Positions 45,116 through 55,128 are shown, numbered from the stretch's first letter. The stretch: DNA of 64,000 bases from an uncultured Fibrobacteraceae bacterium (GCA_964420395.1 CAYQTJ010000002.1:5248-69247), one strand, 5' to 3'. Numbers and translations: made by a program. The notes: generated from the letters alone by a model not told the origin.

Positions 45116-47581
45116 ATGACTATGAGCGAAGCTCCGAAAAGGTCCCCCATTCCATCCTCCCTCCGCAAGGCGAATCCAATCGAAGAGGCGCAAGACCTCG
45201 CCAAGGAGATACTCGCCGAGTTGGGCGCCTCATCGTGCACATTCTACTTAAGAGATCCCTTTTGGCAAAACGAGTTCCGGCTGCTGTGCATGCCAGGTGT
45301 AAAAATACGCCCGCCCATGTTTGGCTTTCTGCACCCGATCGACGCTCGTCGCATATTGGCCTCAGGCATGGAAGAGGAATTCGTCACAGACGTTCGCTCA
45401 TCTACTACCCTATTCGCCAACCACGGCGCTGTGAACTTCAAGGGGGATGAAGAGAGGAAACGCCTGTTCGGAAATTTCGTGGAACGCGAAGGCGTCATCT
45501 CGTGCGCGCGGCTCCAGTCCGGCAGCAAGAGCGGGCAGCCCACGGCCATGCTCTTCGTGAACTACGAATGCCTCCATGAGTTCTCGGAGGCCGAGGAAGC
45601 GCAACTGCGAGCCTATATGCGCATGTTCTCAGCTCTAGTCCCCGGGATCTACGGGGATATCCGGGATCATGGTTCGAGGTTGGCCGTGCTGCCTACAATT
45701 CTCGAGCCCATCCGAACCTTAAGCTCCTTGGGGCTCGAGCGCGAACCCAGTCATGTCGAGCAATGCATGATCGACATTTTGACAGCCGCCCTTGAAGCGT
45801 TCGGCATCGATCCAGAACAAGGCTGTGGGACTGCGCACCTGCTCAACAGGAAGACAGGAAAGCTGAGTCTCTTCGCTGCTGCCCCTGCCAATCCCGGCGT
45901 GAAATCAGAACAGCTCGTGCATGACGGAGAAGGCATAATTTCGTGGGTCGTGCACCGGAAGCGAGCGATCCTAATCGACAACATCCGCACCTCTCCCTAC
46001 GCTCGCATCTATGTTCCTGGGCGCAGCAGTTTCATGAGCGAAATGGCTGTACCGTTGTTGGTGGGTGACGAGGTGCTAGGCGTTCTTAATCTCGAGTCTA
46101 GTCGACCAGGCGCCTTTCAGGACGATGACGTTCGGCTGTTCTGGTACGCGGCCACGGAAGCGGCCATAGCCATCCGGATGAACAACCTCATCAGCCAGGA
46201 GAAGCTCTTCATTCGCAATACGAGCGCCTTGCTGCACATGTGCTACGATGCGAGCCTACACCCAGGCGCAACGGAAGCCCAGCTCGACGCTCTTGCGGAC
46301 GTCGTGCGATCTTCGATGCGAGCCGACGCCTGCGACTTGTGGATTATCAACGCGGAGAGCAGCGAATACGAGACACGAGGGCTGTCGTCGCCGAGCGGCG
46401 CCGCCACGCCTCGGCCGAGGAAGAACGGCTGGAGCCGCTATGTTTCGCTTACCAATACCCCGGTGTACCTGGCGGCAATCGCGCCGGACGGATTATGCAC
46501 GCCGGCCTTTTGGGACAAGGTATCGGCGCAATGGACGCGGAAGCCCGCTCGCGTGAAGTGCCCCAAGCGAGTGAATGGCCGCAAAAGTTCTGGGCGCACT
46601 GGGTGTGCGCTCGGGGTCCCAATCCCGCTTAGGGACGCAATCATCGGCGTCGCGTGGTGCCACTACTATGATCCGGGAACGATGCCGCCCGACCGCGACG
46701 GTGTTGAGCTTATAACGGGACTGGCAGCGCACGTCGGCCTCGTTCTGGATTGTCTGCAGCGCCACAAAGACATGGAGGTCGCAAAGGTTCAACAGGTGGT
46801 AGAGAAGAAGATTCAGCAGACGTTCTTCCCTTCTGGACACGTGGCCGCGAATCTCAACGGGCTCCTGGAGGGCTACGTATTGGCGAAGCCATGCGATGCA
46901 GAATTGGGCGGCGACTTCTACGGTGCCTGGTCCATAGACAACGAGACCTGCGGGTTCCTGCTGGGTGATGCGAAGGGCCACGGGAAGGAGGCGGCTCTTT
47001 CGATGCTGCCGATGTACGCAACCTGCAGGGCGGTCTACAAGGATTCGCGATCTACGGAGCGCCTCATCGAGAGACTGTCAGAAGTGTCTCGCAGTTTGAA
47101 GCTCCATGGCAGTGCGGCGTACCTTGTTCTGAGGAAGGTTGGACATCGGGTTTATGCCCTGGCTTCCGCGGCCGGTCATCATCCGTTCGTGCTTGCGCGG
47201 CACGCCGAGACGCGGGTGGAGCCGATTCCGACCAGCGGGGGTTCAGCAAATATCATACTTTTGGGAACTGACCATGAAATGTCGATCTTGCAAGATCATG
47301 TTGAACTCCAGCCCGGAGACACGATTGTCGGCTACTCAGATGGGGTGTCGGAAGCGGGAGCGCCCGACAACGAGTTCGGCGATGCTGGCGTATCTGGCGT
47401 GGTTATGGCCAATCGAAGTCAGGGTAGGATAGAGGATATCGCGGTCGCGGTGTACGAGAAGGCCCGAGAGCACGCAGCTGGTCATCTTCGTGATGACTGC
47501 ACTATTATTGTTTTAAGATTGCGGAAGGAGGGGAGAGGAGCAGCCACGCCGCCTGTCGTTGCGCATAACGGCAGGAAGTGA
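45116..47581 (+). CDS. Multi-GAF-domain protein with a C-terminal PP2C/SpoIIE-type Ser/Thr phosphatase domain (RsbU-like)
   Basis: Three GAF-like modules (for example LNRKTGKLSLFAAAP...GIISWVVHRKRAILIDN). The PPM motifs at the C-terminus are GDFYGAW, GDAKGHGKEAA, GYSDGVSEA and DDCTII. A likely ATG at 45122 is preceded by GAGAGGA; the track starts at 45116. Confidence 0.8.
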   Translation: MTMSEAPKRSPIPSSLRKANPIEEAQDLAKEILAELGASSCTFYLRDPFWQNEFRLLCMPGVKIRPPMFGFLHPIDARRILASGMEEEFVTDVRSSTTLFANHGAVNFKGDEERKRLFGNFVEREGVISCARLQSGSKSGQPTAMLFVNYECLHEFSEAEEAQLRAYMRMFSALVPGIYGDIRDHGSRLAVLPTILEPIRTLSSLGLEREPSHVEQCMIDILTAALEAFGIDPEQGCGTAHLLNRKTGKLSLFAAAPANPGVKSEQLVHDGEGIISWVVHRKRAILIDNIRTSPYARIYVPGRSSFMSEMAVPLLVGDEVLGVLNLESSRPGAFQDDDVRLFWYAATEAAIAIRMNNLISQEKLFIRNTSALLHMCYDASLHPGATEAQLDALADVVRSSMRADACDLWIINAESSEYETRGLSSPSGAATPRPRKNGWSRYVSLTNTPVYLAAIAPDGLCTPAFWDKVSAQWTRKPARVKCPKRVNGRKSSGRTGCALGVPIPLRDAIIGVAWCHYYDPGTMPPDRDGVELITGLAAHVGLVLDCLQRHKDMEVAKVQQVVEKKIQQTFFPSGHVAANLNGLLEGYVLAKPCDAELGGDFYGAWSIDNETCGFLLGDAKGHGKEAALSMLPMYATCRAVYKDSRSTERLIERLSEVSRSLKLHGSAAYLVLRKVGHRVYALASAAGHHPFVLARHAETRVEPIPTSGGSANIILLGTDHEMSILQDHVELQPGDTIVGYSDGVSEAGAPDNEFGDAGVSGVVMANRSQGRIEDIAVAVYEKAREHAAGHLRDDCTIIVLRLRKEGRGAATPPVVAHNGRK

Positions 47582-47777
47582 CTTGGCCGCGATCCGTAAC
47601 GACCTTGCGGACAGACATGCGACGGGCAGGCGAGCACAGCCGGCACGCAGAACATATTTCGCGGGGCATCCTATGCGTCGCTTCTGCTCGGACATGGGTA
47701 CATGACATTGAGCCATTGTCTCATATTGCCTGGCCGTGGGCGGCTCGTACAGTAAAGGCCTTTGTTGACCCCCCGAC

Positions 47778-48165
47778 GTGAGGATCGACCTTCGCAACAA
47801 CTACTCGGGGATCGCGAACCGGGATTCGATCGCGAATCTCATTTGGGACGGCAATGACGATTCGAGCATCCATGCGTTTGTGGACTTCGAGCCCTTCTCC
47901 TCAACCCCCTTTCCAGCCGAGAAGAAATCCCTGGGGGGCGTGAAATCGCAGTACAGATCTCATCGATGACCGCCGAGGTGCTCCCATCGAGGCGATGGAT
48001 CTGACGAACAATTACTGGGGGACGACCCCTGCGGATTCGATCGCGAGCTCGATCTACTGGGCACGACAACCCGGCGATGTATGGCGACGTGCAGTTTGAG
48101 CCGTTTTCATCTGGAACGCCCCCGACCAAGGAGAAATCCCTGGGGGGCGTGAAGAGACTATTCCG
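47778..48165 (+). pseudogene. Two degenerate tandem copies (~215 bp units) of a C-terminal right-handed beta-helix-type module. Probably remnants of a larger secreted protein gene.
   Basis: Translation of unit 1: DLRNNYSGIANRDSIANLIWDGNDDSSIHAFVDFEPFSSTPFPAEKKSLGGVKS. Unit 2: DLTNNYWGTTPADSIASSIYWAR...QFEPFSSGTPPTKEKSLGGVK. The NNYWGT...I...I.D..DD...V.F.PF arrangement is typical of the C-terminal repeats of parallel beta-helix (NosD/pectate-lyase-like) proteins. The frames are broken and no upstream body is present. Confidence 0.35.
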
Positions 48166-48263
48166 ACAGAAATGGTCCGGCGCGTTCCCCTCCGTCACGC
48201 TGAGAGTTGCGCTCGGGGGCCAGAGTGCTGGTGGGTGGACGTCAGCCCAGCCTTAAGTGACGG

Positions 48264-49385
48264 CTATTCAATCGCCGATCGCACCGCCGAAACCAATTCC
48301 CCCGCCAGCAGACGCCCATTCGCCGCATGGTGGTTCAGCACACAGCCTGACACGGTCAGATCCATCGACGGCACGTGGAATGCGAACGTGTTCCAGAACC
48401 CCTGATGTCCCCAGGCCATCTTGCCATCCAGGTCCATGCACATCAGTCCCAGCCGGTAGGGGGGCGTGCCGCCGCCGGTCATGGCGGCCAGTGTTGCCTC
48501 GCTGTGCAGCACCTTGCCTTTCAGGAGCAGGCGCATGAAGAGGGCGAGGTCGTGGGTGTCGGTCAGGAGGCCGCCGCCGCCGTAGAGGTCCAGGGAGGGG
48601 TTCCAGTCGTGGGTGTCCTTGTCTCCGAAGTACTGGTGGGCGCGGGGGCCGGCGGTGGGGGGGGTGGGCTCGTTCACTTCCCACCAAGTCGAGCGTAGTC
48701 CGAGGCGCTCGAAATCCACCAATTCATGTACGGCCTGGCCGAGGTTGAGTCCGGTCATGCGTTCGATGATGCCGCCCAGCAAAACGTATCCGGAATCGGA
48801 GTACTTGTACTTCTCGCCGGGGGCGCCGATCGGGTCGCGCCATTCGACGAGGCGGCGGACCTGTTCCTCTCGGGTCCATTGGTACTGGGGGTTGGCGAGG
48901 ATGGCGGCTTCGAAGCGGTCATCGGCGGGGTGCTCGTCGAGGCCGGAGGTGTGGCTCAGGACGTGGCGGAGGGTGATGGCGTTCAGGTCGTAGCCGTCAC
49001 CGGCGAGCAGGGTGCGCTCCTCCTCGGTGAGGTGCTTGGCGAGAAGATCGTCGATGGACAGTTTGCCCTGCTCGGCGAGGCGGAGGATGGAGGTGGCCAC
49101 GTATGTCTTCGTGTTGCTGGCGATGCGGAAGGTGTGGCGGGGGGTGAGGGGCTCCTCCGAGTCGCGGGCGGCGTGGCCGGCGGCGCCGGACCAGTCGAGG
49201 CCGAGCCTGGGGCAGATGACGGTGGCGCTGACGCCGGGGGCGGCGGGATTGGCGGCGAGGAAGGCCTCCAGTGCCCGCTGGAGGCGCGCGGTCAGGGCGG
49301 CGGGGGGCGCGCTGTTGGGCGGCGTGGCGGCGGTGGCGGGGAGCGCGCACAGGAGCGCGATGGCGGTGATCAGGGGGCGCAGCAT
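48264..49385 (-). CDS. Serine hydrolase of the beta-lactamase (class C / DD-peptidase-like) family, secreted
   Basis: Signal peptide MLRPLITAIALLCALPATAA. The SNTK (S-x-x-K) motif is in ...FRIASNTKTYVATSILRL. YSDSGY and HQGF are the family's second and third motifs. Confidence 0.75.
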   Translation of the reverse strand: MLRPLITAIALLCALPATAATPPNSAPPAALTARLQRALEAFLAANPAAPGVSATVICPRLGLDWSGAAGHAARDSEEPLTPRHTFRIASNTKTYVATSILRLAEQGKLSIDDLLAKHLTEEERTLLAGDGYDLNAITLRHVLSHTSGLDEHPADDRFEAAILANPQYQWTREEQVRRLVEWRDPIGAPGEKYKYSDSGYVLLGGIIERMTGLNLGQAVHELVDFERLGLRSTWWEVNEPTPPTAGPRAHQYFGDKDTHDWNPSLDLYGGGGLLTDTHDLALFMRLLLKGKVLHSEATLAAMTGGGTPPYRLGLMCMDLDGKMAWGHQGFWNTFAFHVPSMDLTVSGCVLNHHAANGRLLAGELVSAVRSAIE

Positions 49386-49617
49386 CGGGTGCCTCCGCGG
49401 GTCGCTGGTGATGGCCGGGTGCGCTGCGGGATGGGGCCGCTGCGGCGAGTCTTCCGGTCACCGATCATGCCGCAATCGGGAGCGGCTGTTCAACTGTGCA
49501 TTTCCGCGTCATCCGCCTGCGAATGAGAATGCCGATCCGGGTGTAGTTGGGCAATGCTGTCGATGACCCGCGGTCGGGTCGGGTGGGGGACTGAGGATGG
49601 GAAGGGGCGGGGGCCTT

Positions 49618-49827
49618 ATGAAGGCGACACGGGTGTTGGCGGATGCGGCGATCACTTCGGGGATCGCGCTCGTCGTGAGCGTGGCCGTCACCTGGCTCTG
49701 GAGCCTGGCGCGGCACGGCGCCGGCGTGGTGGACTGGGAGGCGTCGTTCAGGCTGGCCATCATCCTCGGCATCGCGCTGCCGTGGCTGCGGGCGCGCGAG
49801 CGGGCAGGATTGAAACGGGGATGCTGA
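49618..49827 (+). CDS. Hypothetical small membrane protein (2 TM)
   Basis: MKATRVLADAAITSGIALVVSVAVTWLW...LAIILGIALPWL. The call is weak and could be non-coding. Confidence 0.3.
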   Translation: MKATRVLADAAITSGIALVVSVAVTWLWSLARHGAGVVDWEASFRLAIILGIALPWLRARERAGLKRGC

Positions 49828-49873
49828 CCCGGTAGACTGCGGGGGCCGCCCGCTTCTGCCGAAAGGAATCGCC

Positions 49874-50398
49874 GTGCCGCGCAAGGTCCCCTGGTTCGAA
49901 CGGCAGTTCAGCTTCGAGCTGCCGCTGTCCATGTTCCCGAACGTGCTGGAGCGGCTGCGGGGGACGCCGGCGCGCGTCGAGGAGCGGGTCGGCGGGCTGG
50001 CGCCCGAGCGGCTGCGGGCGCGGATCGGGGAGGCGTGGTCCATCCAGGAGAACGTCGGGCACCTGATCGAGCTCGAGAGCATCTGGATCGGACGGCTGGA
50101 CGACTTCGCGCAGGGGCTCGAGCGGCTGCGTCCCGCGGACCTGAGCAACCGCGGCACGTTCGACGCCGACTACAACGCGCGCGACACGGCGGCGGTCCTG
50201 GCGGGATTCCGGGCGATCCGGGGCGAGCTGGTGCGGCGGCTCGAGCAGCTCCCGGACGAGGCCATCGCCCGCACGGCGCTCCACCCCCGCCTGGGCACGC
50301 CGATGCGGGTCCTCGACCTGATGGTCTTCGTGGCGGAGCACGACGATCACCATCTGGCGGCGATCACGGAGATCCTGAAGACGCTTGGGAACGGCTGA
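49874..50398 (+). CDS. DinB/YfiT-like (DinB_2) four-helix-bundle metal-dependent protein
   Basis: ...WSIQENVGHLIELESIWIGRLDDF...MVFVAEHDDHHLAAITEIL carries the conserved His triad positions. GTG start follows GAAAGGA. Confidence 0.7.
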   Translation: MPRKVPWFERQFSFELPLSMFPNVLERLRGTPARVEERVGGLAPERLRARIGEAWSIQENVGHLIELESIWIGRLDDFAQGLERLRPADLSNRGTFDADYNARDTAAVLAGFRAIRGELVRRLEQLPDEAIARTALHPRLGTPMRVLDLMVFVAEHDDHHLAAITEILKTLGNG

Positions 50399-50452
50399 CG
50401 CGCAGCCGAACTGGATTTCGCGGACGCAGGGGCGAATACCCCGGGAGGCAAG

Positions 50453-52213
50453 ATGACCGTGCGTTCAAGGTACCTGGCGGCGCTCGTCCTGGGGATCCTG
50501 GCGATATTGTGCGGGTGCGGGGATGACACTGTCCTGAAACCCGCGGACACGATGGCGCCGACGGTCTGGCTCCTGTCGCCCCAAAACAACGCCGTCATCG
50601 AGGGGCCGATCGAGATCCAGGCGGCGGCGAGCGATGACGCGGGCATTCAGTACGTCGTGTTCAGCATCGACGGCGTGGAGCTCGGAACGGACAGCGCCGC
50701 GCCGTATGCCGTCACCTGGGCCCCTCTCTACTGGCCGTACACGCCCGCGCCCACGATCACCGTCCGCGCCTGCGACATGGCGGGCAACCTGAGCGCGCCG
50801 GGCAGCGTCGTGATCACGGTCGCGGACCTTGCGAACCGGCCGCAGCTGGTAATACCCGGGAGCGGGCAGGTCATCCTCGACGGCGCCACGCGGGGTGTCG
50901 ACCTGGGCTGGCGGATCCGGGGCGATCATACCGAAGCCCAGCTGCAGGTCGCGGCGGACACCTCTTTCTCGAGCCTACTCCTCGACGTGGCGCTCCCCGG
51001 GCAGTACGTGGGCCCGGTGACCCATGCCCTGCCCGCGCAAGGCCCCGGGACCTACTTCTGGCGGGTGCGAGTCGGCAACGGGGAGGGCGACTGGAGCCGC
51101 TACAGCGCGGCAGCTTCGTTCGTCGTGCCACTCGCCGAACAGGTCGTCCGCTACGGCGGCCCGGCCTGCGAGCGCACCTTCAGCCTGACCGCCACGGCCG
51201 ATGGCGGCGTGGCCATGGCGGTGCTGGTGACGGAGCGTGACGACGACTACAACGGCCGCACCTCGCTCGTCAAATACGGCCATCAGGGACTGGACTGGAG
51301 CATGCCGGTCCTCGACGACGGGCGGATCTATGCCGTGAGGCAGGCCAGCGACGGCGGGTACCTGCTCGGAGGCTGGGATGGCAATCGGCCCGTGGTCGTC
51401 CGCACCGACGCGTCCGGCCGCGAGACCCTGCGCTACAATCCCAGATATCCCTTCGCGCTGGCGGTCAGGGACGTGCAGGAGCGGCCCGACGGCGCGGTGC
51501 TGGCCGTCGCGAACTGCTCCGCCCGGCAACTGTATGTCGCCTGCCACGATGCCGCCGGCGCGGAACTTTGGCAGACCTATCGGGACTACTTCGGGATCGT
51601 GCCCGGCGAGATGGTCGTCAACGCGGACAGCTCGTGCGTCGTGCTCGGCGACACCGGCCAGGGCCCCGATCAGGGCCTGAAGCTCGTGAAGCTCGGGGGC
51701 GATGGCGAAATCCTCTGGACCAGGGAGCTGGCCGGCAACACGGTGTACGGCAACGGTGGCACCTCCACGCTGGCTCCCTGCAGCGACGGCGGCTTCTTCA
51801 TCACGGCCATTTCGACGCTCCACCGGATACTCGTCCTCAGGACGGACGCGCAGGGCTCCGTGCAATGGTACCGCACGATTTCCCTGGGAAGCCCGGCCGA
51901 GCCTGTCGACGAGCCTTACGGGGGGATCGAGGATGCCGCGGGCGGGTTCGTCGTGGTCGGAGCGACGCGGTCGCTGGGCGTTGGCGACTACGACGCCTTC
52001 CTCATCAAGCTCGACCCGAGCGGCAACGCCGCCGAGCCGCGAGTCCTGGGCGGGATCGGCCCGGACCTGGCCTCCCGCGTCGTCGAGAGCCGCGATCTGG
52101 ACGGCTACGTCGTCGCCGGGTGGACGAACGCGAACGGGTGGGGCGGCAGCCAGGACGTCTTCGTGCTGCAGACGGACCACGAGGGCCTGCTGAAGGCGGG
52201 CTGGGCGCGGTAG
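50453..52213 (+). CDS. Lipoprotein with an N-terminal Ig-like (Big) domain and beta-propeller-like repeats
   Basis: Lipobox ILAILCGCGDD. VIEGPIEIQAAASDDAGIQYVVFSIDGVELGTDSAAPYAVTW resembles a bacterial Ig-like fold. The remainder is rich in repeated G/D/W beta-strand motifs. Confidence 0.65.
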   Translation: MTVRSRYLAALVLGILAILCGCGDDTVLKPADTMAPTVWLLSPQNNAVIEGPIEIQAAASDDAGIQYVVFSIDGVELGTDSAAPYAVTWAPLYWPYTPAPTITVRACDMAGNLSAPGSVVITVADLANRPQLVIPGSGQVILDGATRGVDLGWRIRGDHTEAQLQVAADTSFSSLLLDVALPGQYVGPVTHALPAQGPGTYFWRVRVGNGEGDWSRYSAAASFVVPLAEQVVRYGGPACERTFSLTATADGGVAMAVLVTERDDDYNGRTSLVKYGHQGLDWSMPVLDDGRIYAVRQASDGGYLLGGWDGNRPVVVRTDASGRETLRYNPRYPFALAVRDVQERPDGAVLAVANCSARQLYVACHDAAGAELWQTYRDYFGIVPGEMVVNADSSCVVLGDTGQGPDQGLKLVKLGGDGEILWTRELAGNTVYGNGGTSTLAPCSDGGFFITAISTLHRILVLRTDAQGSVQWYRTISLGSPAEPVDEPYGGIEDAAGGFVVVGATRSLGVGDYDAFLIKLDPSGNAAEPRVLGGIGPDLASRVVESRDLDGYVVAGWTNANGWGGSQDVFVLQTDHEGLLKAGWAR

Positions 52214-52221
52214 TCCCCGCC

Positions 52222-55128
52222 TCAGCGCCCCCGCTTCCGCCGGGCCGTGGCCAGCAGGCCGCGCGCGTTGTCGGCGAGGTCCTTCGTGTAAGGATTGGCG
52301 TCGAGCCCCTTGACGGCCGCTTCGAGGATCGGGACCGCCTCCCGGTATTGGCCGACGTCGACCAGGCAGCGGCCGAGGTCGGAGCGGATGCCCCAGCGCT
52401 GCCATTCGTCGGGGGAGAGGACGCTGTCGCGGATGGCGACGCACTCGCGCAGGAACGGCAGCGCATCCGCGTGGTCGCCCCGTTCGTGGCGGGCGTCGCC
52501 CATGGCGTGCAGGGAGTAGGCGACCTCGCCGTGCACGTCGCCGAACAGGCGGCGGCGCATGGCGAGGCCGGCGGCCTGGAGGGAGTCGCAGCCGGCCGGG
52601 TCGCCCCGGACCCCGACCGCCTTGCCCAGGCCGTTCAGGATGGCGGCGACGTACGGCTGGTCGCCGCCCTGCGCGCCGTCGTGCAGCGCGAGCGCCTGGC
52701 GGAAGGCCGGCTCGGCCGCCCGGTTGTCGCCCATGTCCTGCAGCTTGGCGGCCCAGTTGTAATAAGCGATCACCGTGGCCGGATTGCCGTCGCCGTAGAG
52801 GCGGCGGGAGGAGCCGGCGATCAGGCCGAGCATGGCGGCCGACTCCCGGTAGCGCCGCTGCTCGTTGTAGAGCGCGGCCAGCACCCCCATGGTGGTGATG
52901 GTGCGGGCGTGGTCGGGCCCGAGCGCGCGCCGGCAGACCTCCAGGGTCCGGTCGAGCAGGGACTCGGCCTCGGGGAAGCGCCGCAGGGAGATCAACGAGT
53001 TGCCCTGGTTCACCATGGACAGCAGGGTCTCGGGGTTCTCCGGCCCGTAGATCCGGGCGTTGGCCGCCACGAGCTCGCGGTGGATCGCCTCGGCCTCCGC
53101 GAAGCGGCCCAGGCCGTGGTAGCAGACCGCCTGGTTGTTCCTGAGCTTGATCGTCTCGGGATGGTCCGTCCCGTAGACGCGGATCGCCGCGGCGACCACC
53201 TCCTGGTGACGGCCCGCGGCCTCCTCGCCCCGCCCCCCCTGCTCCAGGAAGTAGGCGAGGGTGCCCTTGACGTTGAGGGTGAGCGGGTGGTCGTCGCCCA
53301 GGGTCGCCGTCCGGGCCGCCAGGACCTCCGTGGCGAGGGTGATCGCCTCGTCGACGCGCTGCGCGCGGAAGTAGGCCACGGCCAGCACCGCCTTCGCCCG
53401 CAGGAGCTCCTCGGGGTCGGGCCGGCGGGCGCGGCCGAGGCCGGCGACCGCGGCCTCGTCGATCTCGAGCGCCTCCTTGAACTTGCCGGCGCGGCCGAGC
53501 AGGTCGCCCAGGTCGATCATGGTCGCCAGCGTGACCGGATCGTCCGGGCCGAGGTCGCGTTGCGCCGCCTCGAGCACGGCGCGCAGCTGCGCCTCGGAAT
53601 CGGCGTGGCGTCCGGCGCGCGCGGCCGTCACCCCCAGCAGACGGCGCGTCGTCAGCGTGGCGGCGCTGGCCGGGCCGAGCAGGGCGGTCTGCAGCGAGTC
53701 GGCGCGCTGGAGGTTGGCGGCCGCCTCGGGGAACCGGCCCAGGGCCGAGTAGGTGGTGCCGAGCGTGCCGCGGATCGCCGCCTCGACCTCGGGCTGGTCG
53801 GCCAGCTCGGCGCGCGTGCGCCGGGCGGTGTTGGCCAGGATCTCCTCCAGCAGCTTCGTGTCGCGGCCGCGCGCGGTGGCCGGGGTGATGCCGCCGAGCA
53901 TCGACTGCAGGAAGCCGGTGGTCCGCTCGGCCCTGGCCGCCTGCACGGCGGTGCGGTCGCGCTCGCGGGCGAGGCGTCCGGCCTGCACCGTCATCGTCAC
54001 CGCCAGCGCGGCGAGCAGCAGCACCAGCGCCGACCCGGCGGCGAACGCGCTCCGGTTGCGCCGCACCAGCTTGCCCAGGCGATACGAGGCGCTGGGCGGG
54101 CCGGCGGTGACCGGCTCGCTGCGCAGGTGGCGCAGCACGTCGGCCGCCAGCCCGTTCGCCGTGGCATAGCGCCGGTCGCGCTCCTTCTCCAGCGCCTTCA
54201 TCGTGATCCAGTCGAGGTCGCCGCGCAGCTCGCTCCGCAGGCGCTTCGGCGCGCTGCCGTGGGCGTCCGCCACCGACGCGGCCCCGGCCCCGAGACTGCC
54301 GAAGCGCGTGCTCGGGCGCGGCGGGTCCTGCTCGCGGATGATGCGGCGAATCTCGTCGAAGCCGGCCCGGCGCAGCTCGCGCGACTCGAACGGCAGCGAG
54401 CCGACGAGCAGCTCGTACAGCACCACGCCGAGGGCGTAGACGTCGGTGCGCGTGTCGATGTCGTCGTCCGCCTGCGCCGCCTGCTCCGGGCTCATGTACT
54501 CCGGCGTGCCGACCAGGGCGCCCTGCACCGTGAACATCGTCATCTCGGTCAGCCGCTGGGTCGTCGCCTTGGCCACCCCGAAGTCGATGATCTTGGGCGC
54601 CGGCTTCCCGTCCACCTCGCCCACCAGGATGTTCGACGGCTTCAGGTCGCGGTGGATGACCGCCTTCTGGTGCGCGTGCTGCACCCCCGCGCAGACCCGC
54701 ACGAACAGCTCGAGCCGCTCGCGAGTGCCGAGGCGCCGGCGGTCGCAGTAGTCGGTGATCGGCTCCCCCTCGACGTACTCCATCACGAAGTACGGGCGGC
54801 CGCGCGCGGTGGCGCCGGCGTCGAACACCTTCGCGATGCACGGGTGGTCCATCAGGGCGAGCGCCTGGCGCTCGGCGTCGAAGCGCGCCACGACCGCGCG
54901 GGTGTCCATCCCCTGCTTGATCACCTTCAGGGCGACGCGCCGCCGGATCGGCTCGGTCTGCTCCGCCTCGAACACCTCGCCCATGCCCCCCTCGCCGAGC
55001 CGCCGCACCAGGCGGTAGGGGCCGATCACGGCGCCGATGTCCTCGCGCGGCGCGGCGCCGCCCCCGGGGCCGGGCGGCAGGGTGCGGTCGTCGTCGGGGC
55101 CCAGGGAGAAGGTGCGGTCGTCGGTCAT
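52222..55128 (-). CDS. Ser/Thr protein kinase with a TM segment and a long C-terminal TPR-repeat domain
   Basis: YRLVRRLGEGGMGEVFEA (glycine loop), VALKVIK (catalytic Lys), HRDLKPSNIL, DFG, TPEYMSPE. A single TM (AFAAGSALVLLLAALAVTMTV) is followed by about 600 aa of TPR-like repeats. Confidence 0.85.
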   Translation of the reverse strand: MTDDRTFSLGPDDDRTLPPGPGGGAAPREDIGAVIGPYRLVRRLGEGGMGEVFEAEQTEPIRRRVALKVIKQGMDTRAVVARFDAERQALALMDHPCIAKVFDAGATARGRPYFVMEYVEGEPITDYCDRRRLGTRERLELFVRVCAGVQHAHQKAVIHRDLKPSNILVGEVDGKPAPKIIDFGVAKATTQRLTEMTMFTVQGALVGTPEYMSPEQAAQADDDIDTRTDVYALGVVLYELLVGSLPFESRELRRAGFDEIRRIIREQDPPRPSTRFGSLGAGAASVADAHGSAPKRLRSELRGDLDWITMKALEKERDRRYATANGLAADVLRHLRSEPVTAGPPSASYRLGKLVRRNRSAFAAGSALVLLLAALAVTMTVQAGRLARERDRTAVQAARAERTTGFLQSMLGGITPATARGRDTKLLEEILANTARRTRAELADQPEVEAAIRGTLGTTYSALGRFPEAAANLQRADSLQTALLGPASAATLTTRRLLGVTAARAGRHADSEAQLRAVLEAAQRDLGPDDPVTLATMIDLGDLLGRAGKFKEALEIDEAAVAGLGRARRPDPEELLRAKAVLAVAYFRAQRVDEAITLATEVLAARTATLGDDHPLTLNVKGTLAYFLEQGGRGEEAAGRHQEVVAAAIRVYGTDHPETIKLRNNQAVCYHGLGRFAEAEAIHRELVAANARIYGPENPETLLSMVNQGNSLISLRRFPEAESLLDRTLEVCRRALGPDHARTITTMGVLAALYNEQRRYRESAAMLGLIAGSSRRLYGDGNPATVIAYYNWAAKLQDMGDNRAAEPAFRQALALHDGAQGGDQPYVAAILNGLGKAVGVRGDPAGCDSLQAAGLAMRRRLFGDVHGEVAYSLHAMGDARHERGDHADALPFLRECVAIRDSVLSPDEWQRWGIRSDLGRCLVDVGQYREAVPILEAAVKGLDANPYTKDLADNARGLLATARRKRGR

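Larger units (their letters stand above)
44389..48263. other. Lower-GC compositional island (estimated at about 55-58% GC against ~70% for the flanks). It holds one intact gene plus degenerate gene remnants.
   Basis: A visible drop in GC and a change in codon usage begin right after the patatin stop and end at the stop of the minus-strand hydrolase gene at 48264. There is a 700-bp non-coding leader containing a degenerate REP copy and nested inverted repeats. Confidence 0.6.
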
